Shown: in pieces, positions 29,201-40,448 of the stretch
Layout: each line of letters begins with the position of its first letter
How positions within the stretch are numbered: position 1 is the first letter of the stretch
Source: Mycoplasmatota bacterium
GTDB lineage: Bacteria; Bacillota_I; Bacilli_A; MAG-NZ
Assembly: GCA_018394315.1 (NCBI GenBank)
Contig: CP074575.1
Span: 1,210,615-1,274,614, forward strand
Direction: 5' to 3'
Length of the DNA stretch: 64,000 nucleotides
The notes under the pieces: generated by a model
Told to the model about the DNA's origin: nothing
What the model saw: the letters and a program-made list of their open reading frames with translations, nothing else
Databases searched by the model: none
Made by a program: the position numbers and the translations under genes

Positions 29201-31513
29201 ATGAAGGTTAAAGTAAGTGTAAGAAAAATAGTTGAGTTTTTATATAGTGGTGGAAATCTATCTAATGAGTATTTCCAAAACAAAGATATGCAAGAAGGAA
29301 TAAAAGCTCATCAGTATTGGCAAAGTAAGTATGGACTTCAAGACTCAAAAGAAGTCTCTATTTTTTATGAGTACAAACTCAGTAATATAATTTACACTAT
29401 TTCTGGGAGAGTTGATGGAGTGTTAGGTAAAGAGAAACAGATAATAGAAGAAATAAAATCTTCAAGGACAAGTCTTGAAGAAATTAATATAAATTCTAGG
29501 CCAGAACACCTTGCTCAAGCTAAGATGTATGCTTATATGTATATTATCAACAATAATCTTAAGAGTATAAAGGTTAGATTAACTTACATAAATACACTTG
29601 ACTATTCGTATAAGAGTTTTGATAAAGTATATAATAAAACTCAACTTGAAAAATTCTTCATTAAAACGATTGTAGCTTATGACGAATGGCACTTGAAATT
29701 AAGAAATCATTTTAAAATTTACTCTCAAAGTCTTAGTGAGCTAAAATTTCCTTTTGTTAATTACAGAGTGGGACAAAGAGAGTTAATGGCGGCGTGTTAT
29801 CAAACAATAAATAAAGGCGATATATTATATGCAATGTCACCAACAGGCGTTGGGAAGACAATGGCTACAGTATTTTCAAGCTTAAAAGCTATTAAGAGAG
29901 AAAAACAAAAATTATTCTATTTAACAGCAAAGAATGCAGGTAAAGTAGTGGCATTGAATGCACTTAACAGCAAAGAATGCAGGTAAAGTAAAGGAAAAGT
30001 AATTGAAATCACTAGTAAGGAAACTATATGTTTTTTAGATGAAAAGGACTGTACTCCTGAAGGTTGTAGATTTGCAAAGGGATTTTTTGATAGATTGAAA
30101 AAAGCTACAGAGGATATATATACTAATGAAATAATGTTCACAAGAGATGTTATTGAAAAATTTGCAAGAGAATATACAATATGTCCTTTTGAATTTTCAC
30201 TTTATTTATCTTATTTTTCTGAAGTGATTATTTGTGACTATAATTACGCATTTTGTCCAAAATCACATTTAAAAAGATATTTTGAAGAGAAAAACTACGA
30301 GCCAATATTATTAGTAGATGAGTCACATAATTTAGTTTCTAGGAGTAAGAGTATGTACTCAGCTGAATTACTCAAATCCTCAATTATTAAATTAAAGAAA
30401 CTATTAAAGAATGAGAAAATAAGAGTAAATCAGGAAATTAATAGTCTTGTGAAGAATTTTGATAATTTGGGTGATAAGAAGTCGTTATTCATTAATGAAT
30501 TAACTAATGAGTTTATTGATTCATTTGACAGATTGTTTTATAAGTTAAATAAATATCTAGCTGAGAATGCAGATTTTTCTGAAAGAGATGAAGTAATTAC
30601 TATATACTTCGAGATGAATGATTTTAGTAGAATCCTAGAATACTTTAACGATGCTTATAAAGTTAGGATTGAAACAAAAGGAGATGTAAAGGTATCCTTA
30701 ATTTGTCTAGATGCAAGTGAGTTTTTATTCAATACAGTATCAAATTTTTGTTATGGGACTGTATTCTTTAGCGCCACGTTATCTCCACTAGAATATTATA
30801 AGCAACTAATAACACAAGGTGAGGGAGAACATATAGTTTTAAAATCCCCTTTTCCTAAGGAAAATTTAAATATAATTGTTCAAGATAGTATTTCTACAAA
30901 ATATCGAAATAGAGATGACTCGGTTAGTGAAATAGTTAAGACTATAAAGACCATGATTGACAACAAGAAAGGAAAATTCATTGTTTTTTTCCCTTCTTAT
31001 ACTTATTTGGAAAAAGTGAATAACAGTTTAGATGTCAATATAAATAAAGTTACTCAGAGAAGAGATATGACTTACAAAGAAAGAAGTGTTTTCCTAGATA
31101 AATTTAAAGAAGAGGAATCTATTATAGGATTGTTTGTAATGGGGGGGATTTTTGCTGAAGGAATTGACTATGTAGGAGATATGCTTGATGGAGTAATAAT
31201 TGTGGGCGTAGGATTACCAATGTATGGTGACTATAATAATATGCTTAAATCATACTTTGATGAAAAGTTTGGTAATGGATTTGACTATGCGTATACATTT
31301 CCCGGGATAAATAAAGTGATTCAAGCGGTGGGAAGACTTATAAGAACAGAGATAGATACTGGGGTTGCAATTCTAATTGATGAAAGATTTTCAAACTATA
31401 AGTATAGGAATCTATTCCCTCCTGAGTGGAGTCATTATAAAGTCATTAATGACACTAATGAAATAAAAAAGAAAATAGGATTATTTTGGAGTGATAAATT
31501 TGAAAATAGATAA
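29201..31513 (+). pseudogene. PD-(D/E)xK nuclease plus XPD/DinG-family Fe-S helicase, interrupted by an in-frame TAA at 29984-29986 (possibly a consensus error)
   Basis: GRVDG...IEEIKS nuclease; SPTGVGKT, CPFE, DESHNL, SATL, EGID, QAVGRLIR; both ORF halves share a frame. Confidence 0.8.
29921..29990 (+). repeat. Perfect 27-bp direct repeat
   Basis: TTAACAGCAAAGAATGCAGGTAAAGTA at 29921-29947 and 29964-29990. Confidence 0.98.
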
Positions 31514-32153
31514 AGAAATAAGAAATAAGGTGAATGACTTTTCCCTTGCGACTTTAAGTTTCTCAAGTCAGGTAAAACATAATGAAGAATTAGATCGTGT
31601 TATAGATGAAGTAGAAAAAGAGATTAATGAATTATATCGAATAGAGGATGTTATTAAAATTCCAAATATCTTGTCTGCAAGAAATGGTTATAAATCGTTT
31701 GGTAAAGATCCTAGTAGATATAGACTAGCAGTTGAATCACTATTTAGAAGGCTAGCAAAAGGAAATAAGTTATATAGAATTAACAACGTTGTAGACTGTG
31801 GGAATTTACTGTCATTAAAATGTCAAAAGTCAGTAGCAGTACTAGATCATGACAAAATCCAAGGAGATATTTATGTAAGACTTGGTAAAAAAGATGATAA
31901 TTACTATGGAATAGGAAGAGGAAAAATTAATATCGATAGAATTCCCTTATATGAAGATCAAGTTGGTCCATTTGGGTCTACTACAAGTGATACTGAAAGA
32001 ACCATGATTACAGATAATAGTAAGAATATTTTAGTTTTGATAATTTCATTTAATGGGAGGGATCAACTACATCATGATATTGAAATTGCTAAAGATATCT
32101 ATAGGAAATATTGTAATGTAAAAGATTTCAAAATAGGAATATACGATAAATAA
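31491..32153 (+). CDS. B3/B4-domain protein (free-standing tRNA editing-like)
   Basis: GKDPSRYRLAVESLFRR, INNVVD, GPFGSTTSD. Confidence 0.88.
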   Translation: MINLKIDKEIRNKVNDFSLATLSFSSQVKHNEELDRVIDEVEKEINELYRIEDVIKIPNILSARNGYKSFGKDPSRYRLAVESLFRRLAKGNKLYRINNVVDCGNLLSLKCQKSVAVLDHDKIQGDIYVRLGKKDDNYYGIGRGKINIDRIPLYEDQVGPFGSTTSDTERTMITDNSKNILVLIISFNGRDQLHHDIEIAKDIYRKYCNVKDFKIGIYDK

Positions 32154-32173
32154 AGGAGTGCTAAACTGCACTC

Positions 32174-33211
32174 CTATATTTTTATTATCTTGTATTTTGT
32201 TGCTCCTAGGCCAATCTTTTCAGCATGTTTTAATGTATTATTACCTCTGTCAAAATATTTCCATAGATTTGAATCTGGTGCTGTATTTTTTTCTTTGGTT
32301 ACTAAATCAAAGCAAGCTTTATCTAATGCGACTGGATCCGTACTTGCAAACATACCAATGTCCTTAATTACTGGTTCCATTGCTACTCCCAAACAATCAC
32401 AGTTATCTGTAATATTAGTGACAAAGGTTATATAAACAACTTCTTTATCTCTTTGTGCCGCATATGCATACTCTGCAAGTTTTTCTAGAAAATTAGCATT
32501 ATTATTCCAGTCAATGCTGATTGAATGTTCTGGACAGTGAGAGATGCAAGCAGCACAACCAATGCACTTATCATTATTTATAACTGCTAAATCTCTTACC
32601 TCAATAGCACTTGATGGACATTTTTCTTCACAAATTCCACATCCAGTACAGATTTTAGGATTTATTGCCGGAACGCTTAAAGAGTGCATGGCTAGTTTAC
32701 CACCTCTAGAAGCGAAACCCATTGATAGTTGTTTTATTGCACCACCAAATCCCGCAAGTATATGCCCCTTGAAGTGACTGCAAACAATGAATTGATCAAA
32801 ATTGCTAAATTCTCTACCAATTAGAGCCTCATCAAAAAATTCTTTATTTATTTTAATAGTATTATAATCTTCTCCATATTCACCATCTGCAATTATTATT
32901 GGTATTCTAGTAAAGTTATGTTCTTCTGCTGTCTTTATATGCCTTTCTTTAATGGTTCTAGAGCCTACATATAAAACATTAGTCTCGATGAAAGAGGTAC
33001 TTATGTTGTTTTCTTGTAGGTAATCGATAATTCCATCATAATCTTCCGCCTTAATGAAGGTTATATTTCCTTTTTCACCAAAATGCACCTTAATTGGTAC
33101 CTCGCCCTTTAACGTTATTTCCTCTTTTGAGATTACTGTTTTTAACAGTATCTTTGCAATTTCCGACTTATTAGTATCGCATGAGATGTCCTTAAAATAT
33201 ACATTTTTCAT
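32174..33211 (-). CDS. DUF362-domain 2x[4Fe-4S] protein
   Basis: KVHFGEKGN, SHFKGH, GFGGAIKQLSMG, two CxxCxxCxxxCP motifs, DPVALD. Confidence 0.9.
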   Translation of the reverse strand: MKNVYFKDISCDTNKSEIAKILLKTVISKEEITLKGEVPIKVHFGEKGNITFIKAEDYDGIIDYLQENNISTSFIETNVLYVGSRTIKERHIKTAEEHNFTRIPIIIADGEYGEDYNTIKINKEFFDEALIGREFSNFDQFIVCSHFKGHILAGFGGAIKQLSMGFASRGGKLAMHSLSVPAINPKICTGCGICEEKCPSSAIEVRDLAVINNDKCIGCAACISHCPEHSISIDWNNNANFLEKLAEYAYAAQRDKEVVYITFVTNITDNCDCLGVAMEPVIKDIGMFASTDPVALDKACFDLVTKEKNTAPDSNLWKYFDRGNNTLKHAEKIGLGATKYKIIKI

Positions 33212-33343
33212 TTTAGTTACCTCCCCTTTAACTAATTATAGTGAATAATTTCTATTTAATAAAGTCAATATTTTGATATTTTCAACATAATGTAACTAAA
33301 TTCTACCTTCTCCATAATTAAGATAATAGTAGGAGGAGATTTT

Positions 33344-34099
33344 ATGGCTGGAAGATATCCCATTTTTGAACTCATTAGGAGTGATTCTGTAATAACTCCT
33401 AAGTCACCATTTGATAATGATTTTAATAAACATTTAGTAGTTTGTTTTTTTAAGGATGTAATTGATGAATTACATAAGAGTGGACGAATAGAAGAAGTAA
33501 AGTCTTATAAAAGTGAGTTTGGTGATTATCCATTATATAATGCAAGATTTAATGGTGAGAATGTATCACTGATTTATTCTCCCTCTGGAGCTGCAATGGC
33601 AGCTGGCGTCTTAGAGGAAGCGATAGCTGGAGGTGTAAAGTATATTATGGCTATTGGTTCATGTGGAGTATTAGATGATATATACGAAGCAAGGGTTTTT
33701 ATTCCATATTCTGCAGTTAGAGATGAAGGAACTAGTTATCACTATCTTAAAGCAGAAGATGAAATAGCAGTTGACAGAAGAATTTTAAAAGTCATTGAAG
33801 AAGCTTTTAAGGAGTCTTCCCTTAATCATACTATTGTAAAGACTTGGTCAACAGACGGACTCTTTAGAATATCATTTGATAAAGTAAAAGATATTATGAT
33901 GAATGGGTGCTATATAATTGATATGGAATGTTCTGCTCTACTCGCAGTATCTAAGTATTATAATATAAAATTTGGGCAAATATTTTACAGTGATTATAAT
34001 TCGCGATTTTTAATGAAGAATTTTAAAGAATGGAACAAAAGAAGAACTGATAAAATCGAACTAGTTTGGTTAGCGATTGAGTCATGTCTTATGATGTAA
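33344..34099 (+). CDS. Nucleoside phosphorylase (uridine phosphorylase-like)
   Basis: IGSCGVL, AVRDEGTSYHY, TWSTDG, DMECSA. Confidence 0.85.
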   Translation: MAGRYPIFELIRSDSVITPKSPFDNDFNKHLVVCFFKDVIDELHKSGRIEEVKSYKSEFGDYPLYNARFNGENVSLIYSPSGAAMAAGVLEEAIAGGVKYIMAIGSCGVLDDIYEARVFIPYSAVRDEGTSYHYLKAEDEIAVDRRILKVIEEAFKESSLNHTIVKTWSTDGLFRISFDKVKDIMMNGCYIIDMECSALLAVSKYYNIKFGQIFYSDYNSRFLMKNFKEWNKRRTDKIELVWLAIESCLMM

Positions 34100-34148
34100 A
34101 TCACTTTAATATTTTCTTTTCCTATGTTAGTATTTAGATGGTGATCTC

Positions 34149-34628
34149 ATGAATTTATTATTAACATTGCATAAAACTAAAAAGTACTTAGCGATAAATA
34201 TTATCGCTTTTATAGTGTTTATGATTATCTATACATTGCTAGATATAAATGGAAATGATTCGTATGGAGCAATGAGTTCTAGTTATGGTAACTTTATTGT
34301 GTTAGTACATATATTAATTAATACAATAATATCCTTAGTTTCATCTATCGTAATTACATGGAGTTATATTTCATTAAACATTAATAAAAAAGATGTGATA
34401 ACTACGAACATTCCTTTTATAGGTATAATTCTAGGGTTTTTTACTTTTGGGTGTACTCCGTGTGTTGTAGCATCCTTAAGCATTTTTGGAATTACTTTTG
34501 CTCCATTGGTTTTACCTAATGGAAACTTGCTTTGGAAGTTCTTAGTTCTTATTCTTGTAGTGGTAAGTGCTGTTATTACTGGTTTTACTATAAATAAGGG
34601 CTGTTCTATAGAAAAAAATAATCGATAA
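34149..34628 (+). CDS. Hypothetical 4-TM membrane protein with GCTPC motif
   Basis: Hydrophobic segments; FGCTPC within a TM region. Confidence 0.7.
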   Translation: MNLLLTLHKTKKYLAINIIAFIVFMIIYTLLDINGNDSYGAMSSSYGNFIVLVHILINTIISLVSSIVITWSYISLNINKKDVITTNIPFIGIILGFFTFGCTPCVVASLSIFGITFAPLVLPNGNLLWKFLVLILVVVSAVITGFTINKGCSIEKNNR

Positions 34629-34680
34629 AATATTGATTTTTGAATAATTGATGTTATAATAGTTTTGCTAGAAAAAAATT

Positions 34681-34755
34681 GGTCCCGTAGCCAAGTGGCT
34701 AAGGCATTTGACTGCAACTCAATGATCACCGGTTCAAATCCGGTCGGGACCTCCA
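34681..34755 (+). tRNA. tRNA-Cys(GCA)
   Basis: Cloverleaf with GGTCCCG/CGGGACC acceptor, anticodon loop CTGCAAC, GGTTCAAATCC, encoded CCA. Confidence 0.97.
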
Positions 34756-34761
34756 TAATAT

Positions 34762-34848
34762 GCCTTGGTGGCGGAATTGGTAGACGCGCGGGACTTAAAA
34801 TCCCGTGGGGTCAAACCCGTGCCGGTTCGACTCCGGCCCGAGGCACCA
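34762..34848 (+). tRNA. tRNA-Leu(TAA)
   Basis: Cloverleaf with long variable arm, anticodon loop CTTAAAA, GGTTCGACTCC, CCA. Confidence 0.97.
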
Positions 34849-34945
34849 TTTAAAGAATTATACAGTTTTGTATAATTTTTTTCTTGCAATATTTTTATTT
34901 ATAGTTATAATTAGTTAGTATACGAACTTAAGGAGGGTGATTGTC

Positions 34946-35314
34946 ATGTATTTTATTCCAGGTGCTATATTACTATTTGTTTTTATAATTATAAAAGTAT
35001 CTCGTAAGTCTGGGAACGGAGTAAGTCATTTAAATTCAGATGATTTCAATAAGGATATGAGAAATGGAATTATATTAGATGTTAGATCTAAAAGAGAGTA
35101 TAAAATGGGGCATATAAATAACTCGATATGTATTCCAATCAATACTCTACCAGATAATTTAAGTAAGCTAGATTCGAGTAAACCAATTTATGTTTATTGT
35201 GCATCAGGAGCTAGATCAAGTAACGCTGCCTCATACTTACTTAATAAAAAGTATGAAGTCTTTAATCTTAGAGGTGGATTAAACCGTTGGAACGGGTCTA
35301 TAACTAAAAAATAG
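34946..35314 (+). CDS. Rhodanese-like protein with N-terminal TM
   Basis: LDVRS..EY..GHI, YCASGARS, LRGGLNRW. Confidence 0.88.
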   Translation: MYFIPGAILLFVFIIIKVSRKSGNGVSHLNSDDFNKDMRNGIILDVRSKREYKMGHINNSICIPINTLPDNLSKLDSSKPIYVYCASGARSSNAASYLLNKKYEVFNLRGGLNRWNGSITKK

Positions 35315-35381
35315 TTCTTGAGTAAAAGAACTTTTTTTGTGCTATACTTTAGGTACATTTCTAAAAGAAAGGAACTATTTC

Positions 35382-35888
35382 ATGGATTATCTATTTAATG
35401 AATATAATGATCAATTGTTAAATCAACTACCAAAGGGAGCTTTTTTAACTACAAGAATTGGTGATAAGGTAAATACAATGACAATAGGATGGGGAAATAT
35501 TTCTGTTGTTTGGTATAAACATGTGTTTATGGTTTATGTGAGATATTCTAGAGAAACATATAATATGCTTGAACAAGCAGGGGAATTCACAGTTAGTTTT
35601 CCAATTACTTTAGATATGAAGAAAGAACTAGCATATTGTGGGAGTCATTCTTTTAGAAATAAAGATAAAATTAAAGATTTAGGCTTAACCTTAATTAATG
35701 GTAAAAATATAAATACTCCGATTATTGCTGAATGTAATCTCCATTTAGAGTGTAAAGTAATCTATAAACAATCAGTGGAACCAGGAATGATCTCAGAAGA
35801 AATTAAGGATAAATATTATAAAGGTAATAACGATTATCACGTATGTTATTATGGAGAAATAGTCGCTAAATATGGTAATATTGAATAG
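35382..35888 (+). CDS. Flavin reductase-like / flavoredoxin
   Basis: NTMTIGWG, FTVS, CGSHSFR..DK, LECKV, YH...GEI. Confidence 0.85.
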   Translation: MDYLFNEYNDQLLNQLPKGAFLTTRIGDKVNTMTIGWGNISVVWYKHVFMVYVRYSRETYNMLEQAGEFTVSFPITLDMKKELAYCGSHSFRNKDKIKDLGLTLINGKNINTPIIAECNLHLECKVIYKQSVEPGMISEEIKDKYYKGNNDYHVCYYGEIVAKYGNIE

Positions 35889-36005
35889 AGAATAAAAACT
35901 AGAGCGAACAATTGTTCGTTCTTTTTAAGCCATTTCTCTTACAAGAAAAAGATAAAATATTGTCGTATTTTGTGCTATAATTTAGTGTGAAAGTTGGTGT
36001 AAGTT

Positions 36006-39000
36006 ATGAAATTAAATGAGTTACTTGATATGATAAATATTGAGGAAAAAGATTTTTTTCTTGATGGTAGAATTGACGAAATTTTGGTAGATATAAATAA
36101 GAATAAGTGGATATTTATATTTGACTTACCAAAAGTTTTACCAATAGAATTATATATAGATTTTAAACAGAAATTAGAAGAAAGATTCTCTAGCTATAAT
36201 CAAATTGAGAGTGAAATCAATTACCGAAATCAAAGAGTTCCTAAAGAATATGTAGATGACTATTATTCATATGCATACATTGAGACTTTAGAAGATTATC
36301 CAAGAGTATCTGTATTAGATAACTATCATGTAAGAATAGATGAAATAATTACTTTTGAAGTCTCTAGTAAAGAAGACGAATCCATTATCTTAGATAAGCT
36401 TGATCTAATAAATACAAAACTAGCAAGTTTTGGGGTGAAAATTTCTTTTGATATAGTTTTTACAGATGAAGTAGTTTCGACAAAAGATATTATTAATAAT
36501 GAGCATAATAAACTTGAACAAAAACTAGCTACGGAATTAGAGGATAGTATAAAAAGTAAGAAACTATCTATTGGTGATTCAATCAAGGGTAATTTTATGA
36601 ATATTGAAGATATACCTAAGACCGATGAGGAAGTATCTCAATATGCTAGAGATTTAATTGTTGTTGAAGGATATGTGTTTAAGTCTTCTATGAGAAAACT
36701 TAAAAGAGGTTCTACCTTATTAGAAGCTCTTATTACTAATTTTAACGACTCAATAAAAATTAAGAAGATCATAAGAGAAAGAGATGATCAATTAATTGAT
36801 CAGCATCTAAAAATCATTGAAGAGGGCAATTGGGTCAAATGTTCTGGTTACTTCAATTTTGATAAATACGCAAAAGATGTAGTGTTTGACTTTACTAATA
36901 TTTCTACTATTGATAAGAAAAAAGAAATAGAAATCCTAGATGATGCTGAAGAAAAGAGAATAGAATTACACGCCCATACGAAAATGAGTTCTATGGACGG
37001 AATAGCAAGCGTTAAAGACATAGTTAAAAAGGCAATTAAATGGGGACATAAAGCCATAGCGATTACTGATCATAATACTGTTCAGAGCTTTCCTGACTTT
37101 AATTATGCAACCAAAAACACAGATATCAAACCTATATATGGAGTTGAATTAAGTTATATAGATGATCTAGATACAGTGATTACTAGAAATGAATCTGAGG
37201 TTAAGTTAAGAGATGCTGATGTTACTTTTGTTGTATTCGATATAGAAACTACTGGTTTTAGTGTTAATCACGATGAGATTATTGAAATAGCTGCGATTAA
37301 AATTGAAAATGGACATTTTACACACTTTAATTCATTTGTTAAGGCTAATAGAAAACTAAGTAAATTGACTACTAAGTTAACTTCAATAACTGATGAAGAT
37401 TTGTTGGATGCGCCAAGTATTGAAGAAGTAATGATAAAATTTCATGAGTTTATTAGAGGTAGTATTTTAGTTGCCCATAATGCTGATTTTGATATGGCAT
37501 TTATTTATGAGAATTTTCGAAAATTAAATATATATACAGTTGATTATCCTACAATTGATACTTTGCAGCTTGCTAGAGTCTTGTATAAAGATACTCTAAA
37601 ATCATTCAATTTAAAAGCTGTTAGTAAACACTTGAAAGTAAGTTTAGAACAACATCACAGGGCAATTCATGACACCGAAGCAACAGCAAATATTCTATTA
37701 ATAATGCTTAATGAAGTATTCAATAAAGGAATAATTTATCACTGTGACATGAACAATTTAATCACACCAGACATTGTACATTCATTGAATATTCCAAGGC
37801 ATATAACGATTCTAGCTCAAAATAGAACTGGACTAAAAAATATGTATAAGATTTTGTCTGATGCTGCAACAAATCATTTTCACAGAGAACCAAGGGCCCT
37901 TAGATCAATTATTGAAAGGCATCGAGAAGGTGTATTAATCGGTTCCTCTTGTGTCAAAGGTGAAGTATTCGAATTTTCTTTAAATAAGGATTTTGAATCG
38001 CTTAGAGATAAAGCAAGTTTTTATGATTACTTAGAAATACAGCCCCCAAGTGTTTATTCACACTTGTTTGAAGATATTGAAGGTGGTGATGAATATATTA
38101 AAGATGCAATTAGTAGAATAGTAACTGCTGGAGAACACTTAGATATACCTGTTGTAGCTACAGGAGATGTACACCACATATATCCAAATCAAGTAGATTA
38201 TCGAAAAATTTATTTAAAAACACCAATGGTAGGTGGTGGATATCATCCTTTGAACAGAGTAGAAAATGTTCCATCTATGCATCTTAGAACAACTAACCAG
38301 ATGTTAGAAGATTTTAGTTTCTTAGGAGATAAAGCACTTGATATTGTAGTAAAGAACTCTAATTTGATCAATGATAAGATAGAAAGATTTGATTTGTTTC
38401 CTAAAGAACTATTTACTCCAAACGATGACTTCTTTGCTAGTAAGGGTATTCCAAGCATTAGTGAAGAAGTGGAAAAAATGGTATGGACCAATGCAAAAAG
38501 AAAATATGGTACAAATCTTCCAGATGTTGTTAAAGAACGAATTGAACATGAATTAGATCCAATTATTAATCGTGGATTTGGTAATGTATATTATATTTCA
38601 CATATCTTGGTTAAAAATTCTTTAGAGAACAAGTATTTGGTTGGTTCTCGTGGATCAGTAGGTTCGTCACTTGTAGCAACACTTATGAATATAACTGAGG
38701 TTAACCCTTTACCACCTCATTATGTATGTCCAAAGTGTCAATTTTCGATTTTTAAAACAATGGATGAAAATATCGATTCTCGTACATCTATTTATCAAGA
38801 AGATTTAAGAAGCGTTGAGTCTGGATTTGATTTACCATTAGCCAATTGTCCAGTTTGTGGTACTAGGTTCAGTTCTGACGGACATGATATTCCTTTTGCT
38901 ACCTTCTTAGGGTTTAAGGGTGATAAAGTTCCGGATATAGATCTTAATTTCTCTGGAGATTATCAAGCTCAAGCTCATTTAGATATAAGAAAAATGTTTG

Positions 39001-40403
39001 GTGAAGACTATGCTTTTAGAGCAGGTACAATTTCTACTATTCAAGAAAAGACTGCTTATGGATACGTTAAAGGGCATGCTAAAGATTTAGGAATCCAAAT
39101 TAGAGATGCAGAAGTGCAAAGATTAGTTTCTGAAATACACGGAGTTAGAAGATCAACAGGACAGCATCCAGGAGGTATTGTTGTTGTTCCTCATGATATT
39201 GAAATTTATGATATTACACCAATTCAATATCCTGCTGATGATGTAAATAGTACTTGGAGAACTTCTCATTTTGATTATCATTCATTCGAAAGTAACCTAT
39301 TTAAAATTGATGTACTCGGGCATGATAACCCAACAGTTATAAGACAACTAATGGATTATGTTGAGATGTTTCCAAGTGAATTTCCATTTGATAACGTATA
39401 TGATATTCCAATGGTAGATAAAAAAGTTATGAGTCTATTTAGTAGTACTGATGCACTTAAACTAAGTGGTGATATTATGAGTTCGGTAGGTACATATGGT
39501 TTACCTGAATTAGGAACGAACTTCGTTAGACAGATGCTTGTGGATACTAAACCAAAGAATTTTGCTGAGTTAGTAAAAATATCCGGGCTATCACACGGAA
39601 CTGATGTATGGTTAAACAATGCAAAAGATCTGGTGCAAGAAAAACATCCAGAGTTTGGTAAGATTAACTTTTCTGACGTCATTGGTTGTCGAGACGATAT
39701 AATGATTAATTTGATTTATCAAGGATTAGACCCAGAAGATGCTTATGATATTACTGAAACAGCTAGAAAAACCGGTAAATACCTTTCATTCGAACAGAAA
39801 CAGCTTATGAAAGAGAAGAATATTCCTGACTGGTATATTTGGAGTTGTGATCAAATTAAATATATGTTCCCTAAAGCTCATGCTACTGCATATGTTATTG
39901 AAGCATTAAGAATTGCTTGGTTCAAGGTTCATAGACCTATTTATTACTATGCTACATATTTTTCTAGAAGAGCGGATTACTTTGATGTAAATGCATTTTT
40001 AGGTGGATATGATGGTATTAGGGATAGAATATTAGAGATAAAGGATCAATTAAATCCAAGTGACAAGGATCAAAGATTAGTGACTGTACTAGAAATTGCT
40101 TTAGAGATGTGTTCAAGAGGTTATACATTTAATAACATAGACTTGAATAAGTCTAAGTCTTCAGAATTTATTATTAGTGACGATAAAAAGACATTAATAT
40201 TACCGTTTGTTACCATTGATGGTTTAGGAACAAATGTTGCGGATTCAGTAGTTTCAGCTAGAAATAACAGTGAGTTCAAATCTATTGAAGATTTAAGGAA
40301 ACGTACTAGACTATCTAAAACTTTGATACAAAAGTTAAAAGATTTGAAAGTGCTTGATGAACTTGAAGAAAAAGATGAAGGTAATCAGCTTTCACTATTC
40401 TAA
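36006..40403 (+). CDS. polC: DNA polymerase III PolC
   Basis: PHP domain (ELHAHTKMS), embedded exonuclease (FDIETTG, AHNADFD), GSRGSVG, GDKVPDIDLNF, zinc finger. Confidence 0.98.
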   Translation: MKLNELLDMINIEEKDFFLDGRIDEILVDINKNKWIFIFDLPKVLPIELYIDFKQKLEERFSSYNQIESEINYRNQRVPKEYVDDYYSYAYIETLEDYPRVSVLDNYHVRIDEIITFEVSSKEDESIILDKLDLINTKLASFGVKISFDIVFTDEVVSTKDIINNEHNKLEQKLATELEDSIKSKKLSIGDSIKGNFMNIEDIPKTDEEVSQYARDLIVVEGYVFKSSMRKLKRGSTLLEALITNFNDSIKIKKIIRERDDQLIDQHLKIIEEGNWVKCSGYFNFDKYAKDVVFDFTNISTIDKKKEIEILDDAEEKRIELHAHTKMSSMDGIASVKDIVKKAIKWGHKAIAITDHNTVQSFPDFNYATKNTDIKPIYGVELSYIDDLDTVITRNESEVKLRDADVTFVVFDIETTGFSVNHDEIIEIAAIKIENGHFTHFNSFVKANRKLSKLTTKLTSITDEDLLDAPSIEEVMIKFHEFIRGSILVAHNADFDMAFIYENFRKLNIYTVDYPTIDTLQLARVLYKDTLKSFNLKAVSKHLKVSLEQHHRAIHDTEATANILLIMLNEVFNKGIIYHCDMNNLITPDIVHSLNIPRHITILAQNRTGLKNMYKILSDAATNHFHREPRALRSIIERHREGVLIGSSCVKGEVFEFSLNKDFESLRDKASFYDYLEIQPPSVYSHLFEDIEGGDEYIKDAISRIVTAGEHLDIPVVATGDVHHIYPNQVDYRKIYLKTPMVGGGYHPLNRVENVPSMHLRTTNQMLEDFSFLGDKALDIVVKNSNLINDKIERFDLFPKELFTPNDDFFASKGIPSISEEVEKMVWTNAKRKYGTNLPDVVKERIEHELDPIINRGFGNVYYISHILVKNSLENKYLVGSRGSVGSSLVATLMNITEVNPLPPHYVCPKCQFSIFKTMDENIDSRTSIYQEDLRSVESGFDLPLANCPVCGTRFSSDGHDIPFATFLGFKGDKVPDIDLNFSGDYQAQAHLDIRKMFGEDYAFRAGTISTIQEKTAYGYVKGHAKDLGIQIRDAEVQRLVSEIHGVRRSTGQHPGGIVVVPHDIEIYDITPIQYPADDVNSTWRTSHFDYHSFESNLFKIDVLGHDNPTVIRQLMDYVEMFPSEFPFDNVYDIPMVDKKVMSLFSSTDALKLSGDIMSSVGTYGLPELGTNFVRQMLVDTKPKNFAELVKISGLSHGTDVWLNNAKDLVQEKHPEFGKINFSDVIGCRDDIMINLIYQGLDPEDAYDITETARKTGKYLSFEQKQLMKEKNIPDWYIWSCDQIKYMFPKAHATAYVIEALRIAWFKVHRPIYYYATYFSRRADYFDVNAFLGGYDGIRDRILEIKDQLNPSDKDQRLVTVLEIALEMCSRGYTFNNIDLNKSKSSEFIISDDKKTLILPFVTIDGLGTNVADSVVSARNNSEFKSIEDLRKRTRLSKTLIQKLKDLKVLDELEEKDEGNQLSLF

Positions 40404-40448
40404 TAAATAATCAATTATTAGATAATAATAATTTTAGGAGGAAAGAAT

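Noticed and set aside
9353..29986. In-frame stops as recoding or an alternative genetic code
   Set aside because: Both stops are TAA inside copied patches; TAA, TAG and TGA all end normal genes here and Trp is encoded by TGG.
29201..29990. Cas4-like nuclease plus direct repeat as a CRISPR locus
   Set aside because: Only two repeat copies 16 nt apart inside a coding region, with no cas1/cas2; the nuclease is the usual N-terminal domain of this helicase family.
34364..34853. ORFs 34364-34756(-) and 34665-34853(+)
   Set aside because: They overlap the two tRNA genes and are spurious translations.
34681..34870. tRNA pair as a prophage or island attachment site
   Set aside because: No integrase and no duplicated tRNA 3' end was seen in the window.
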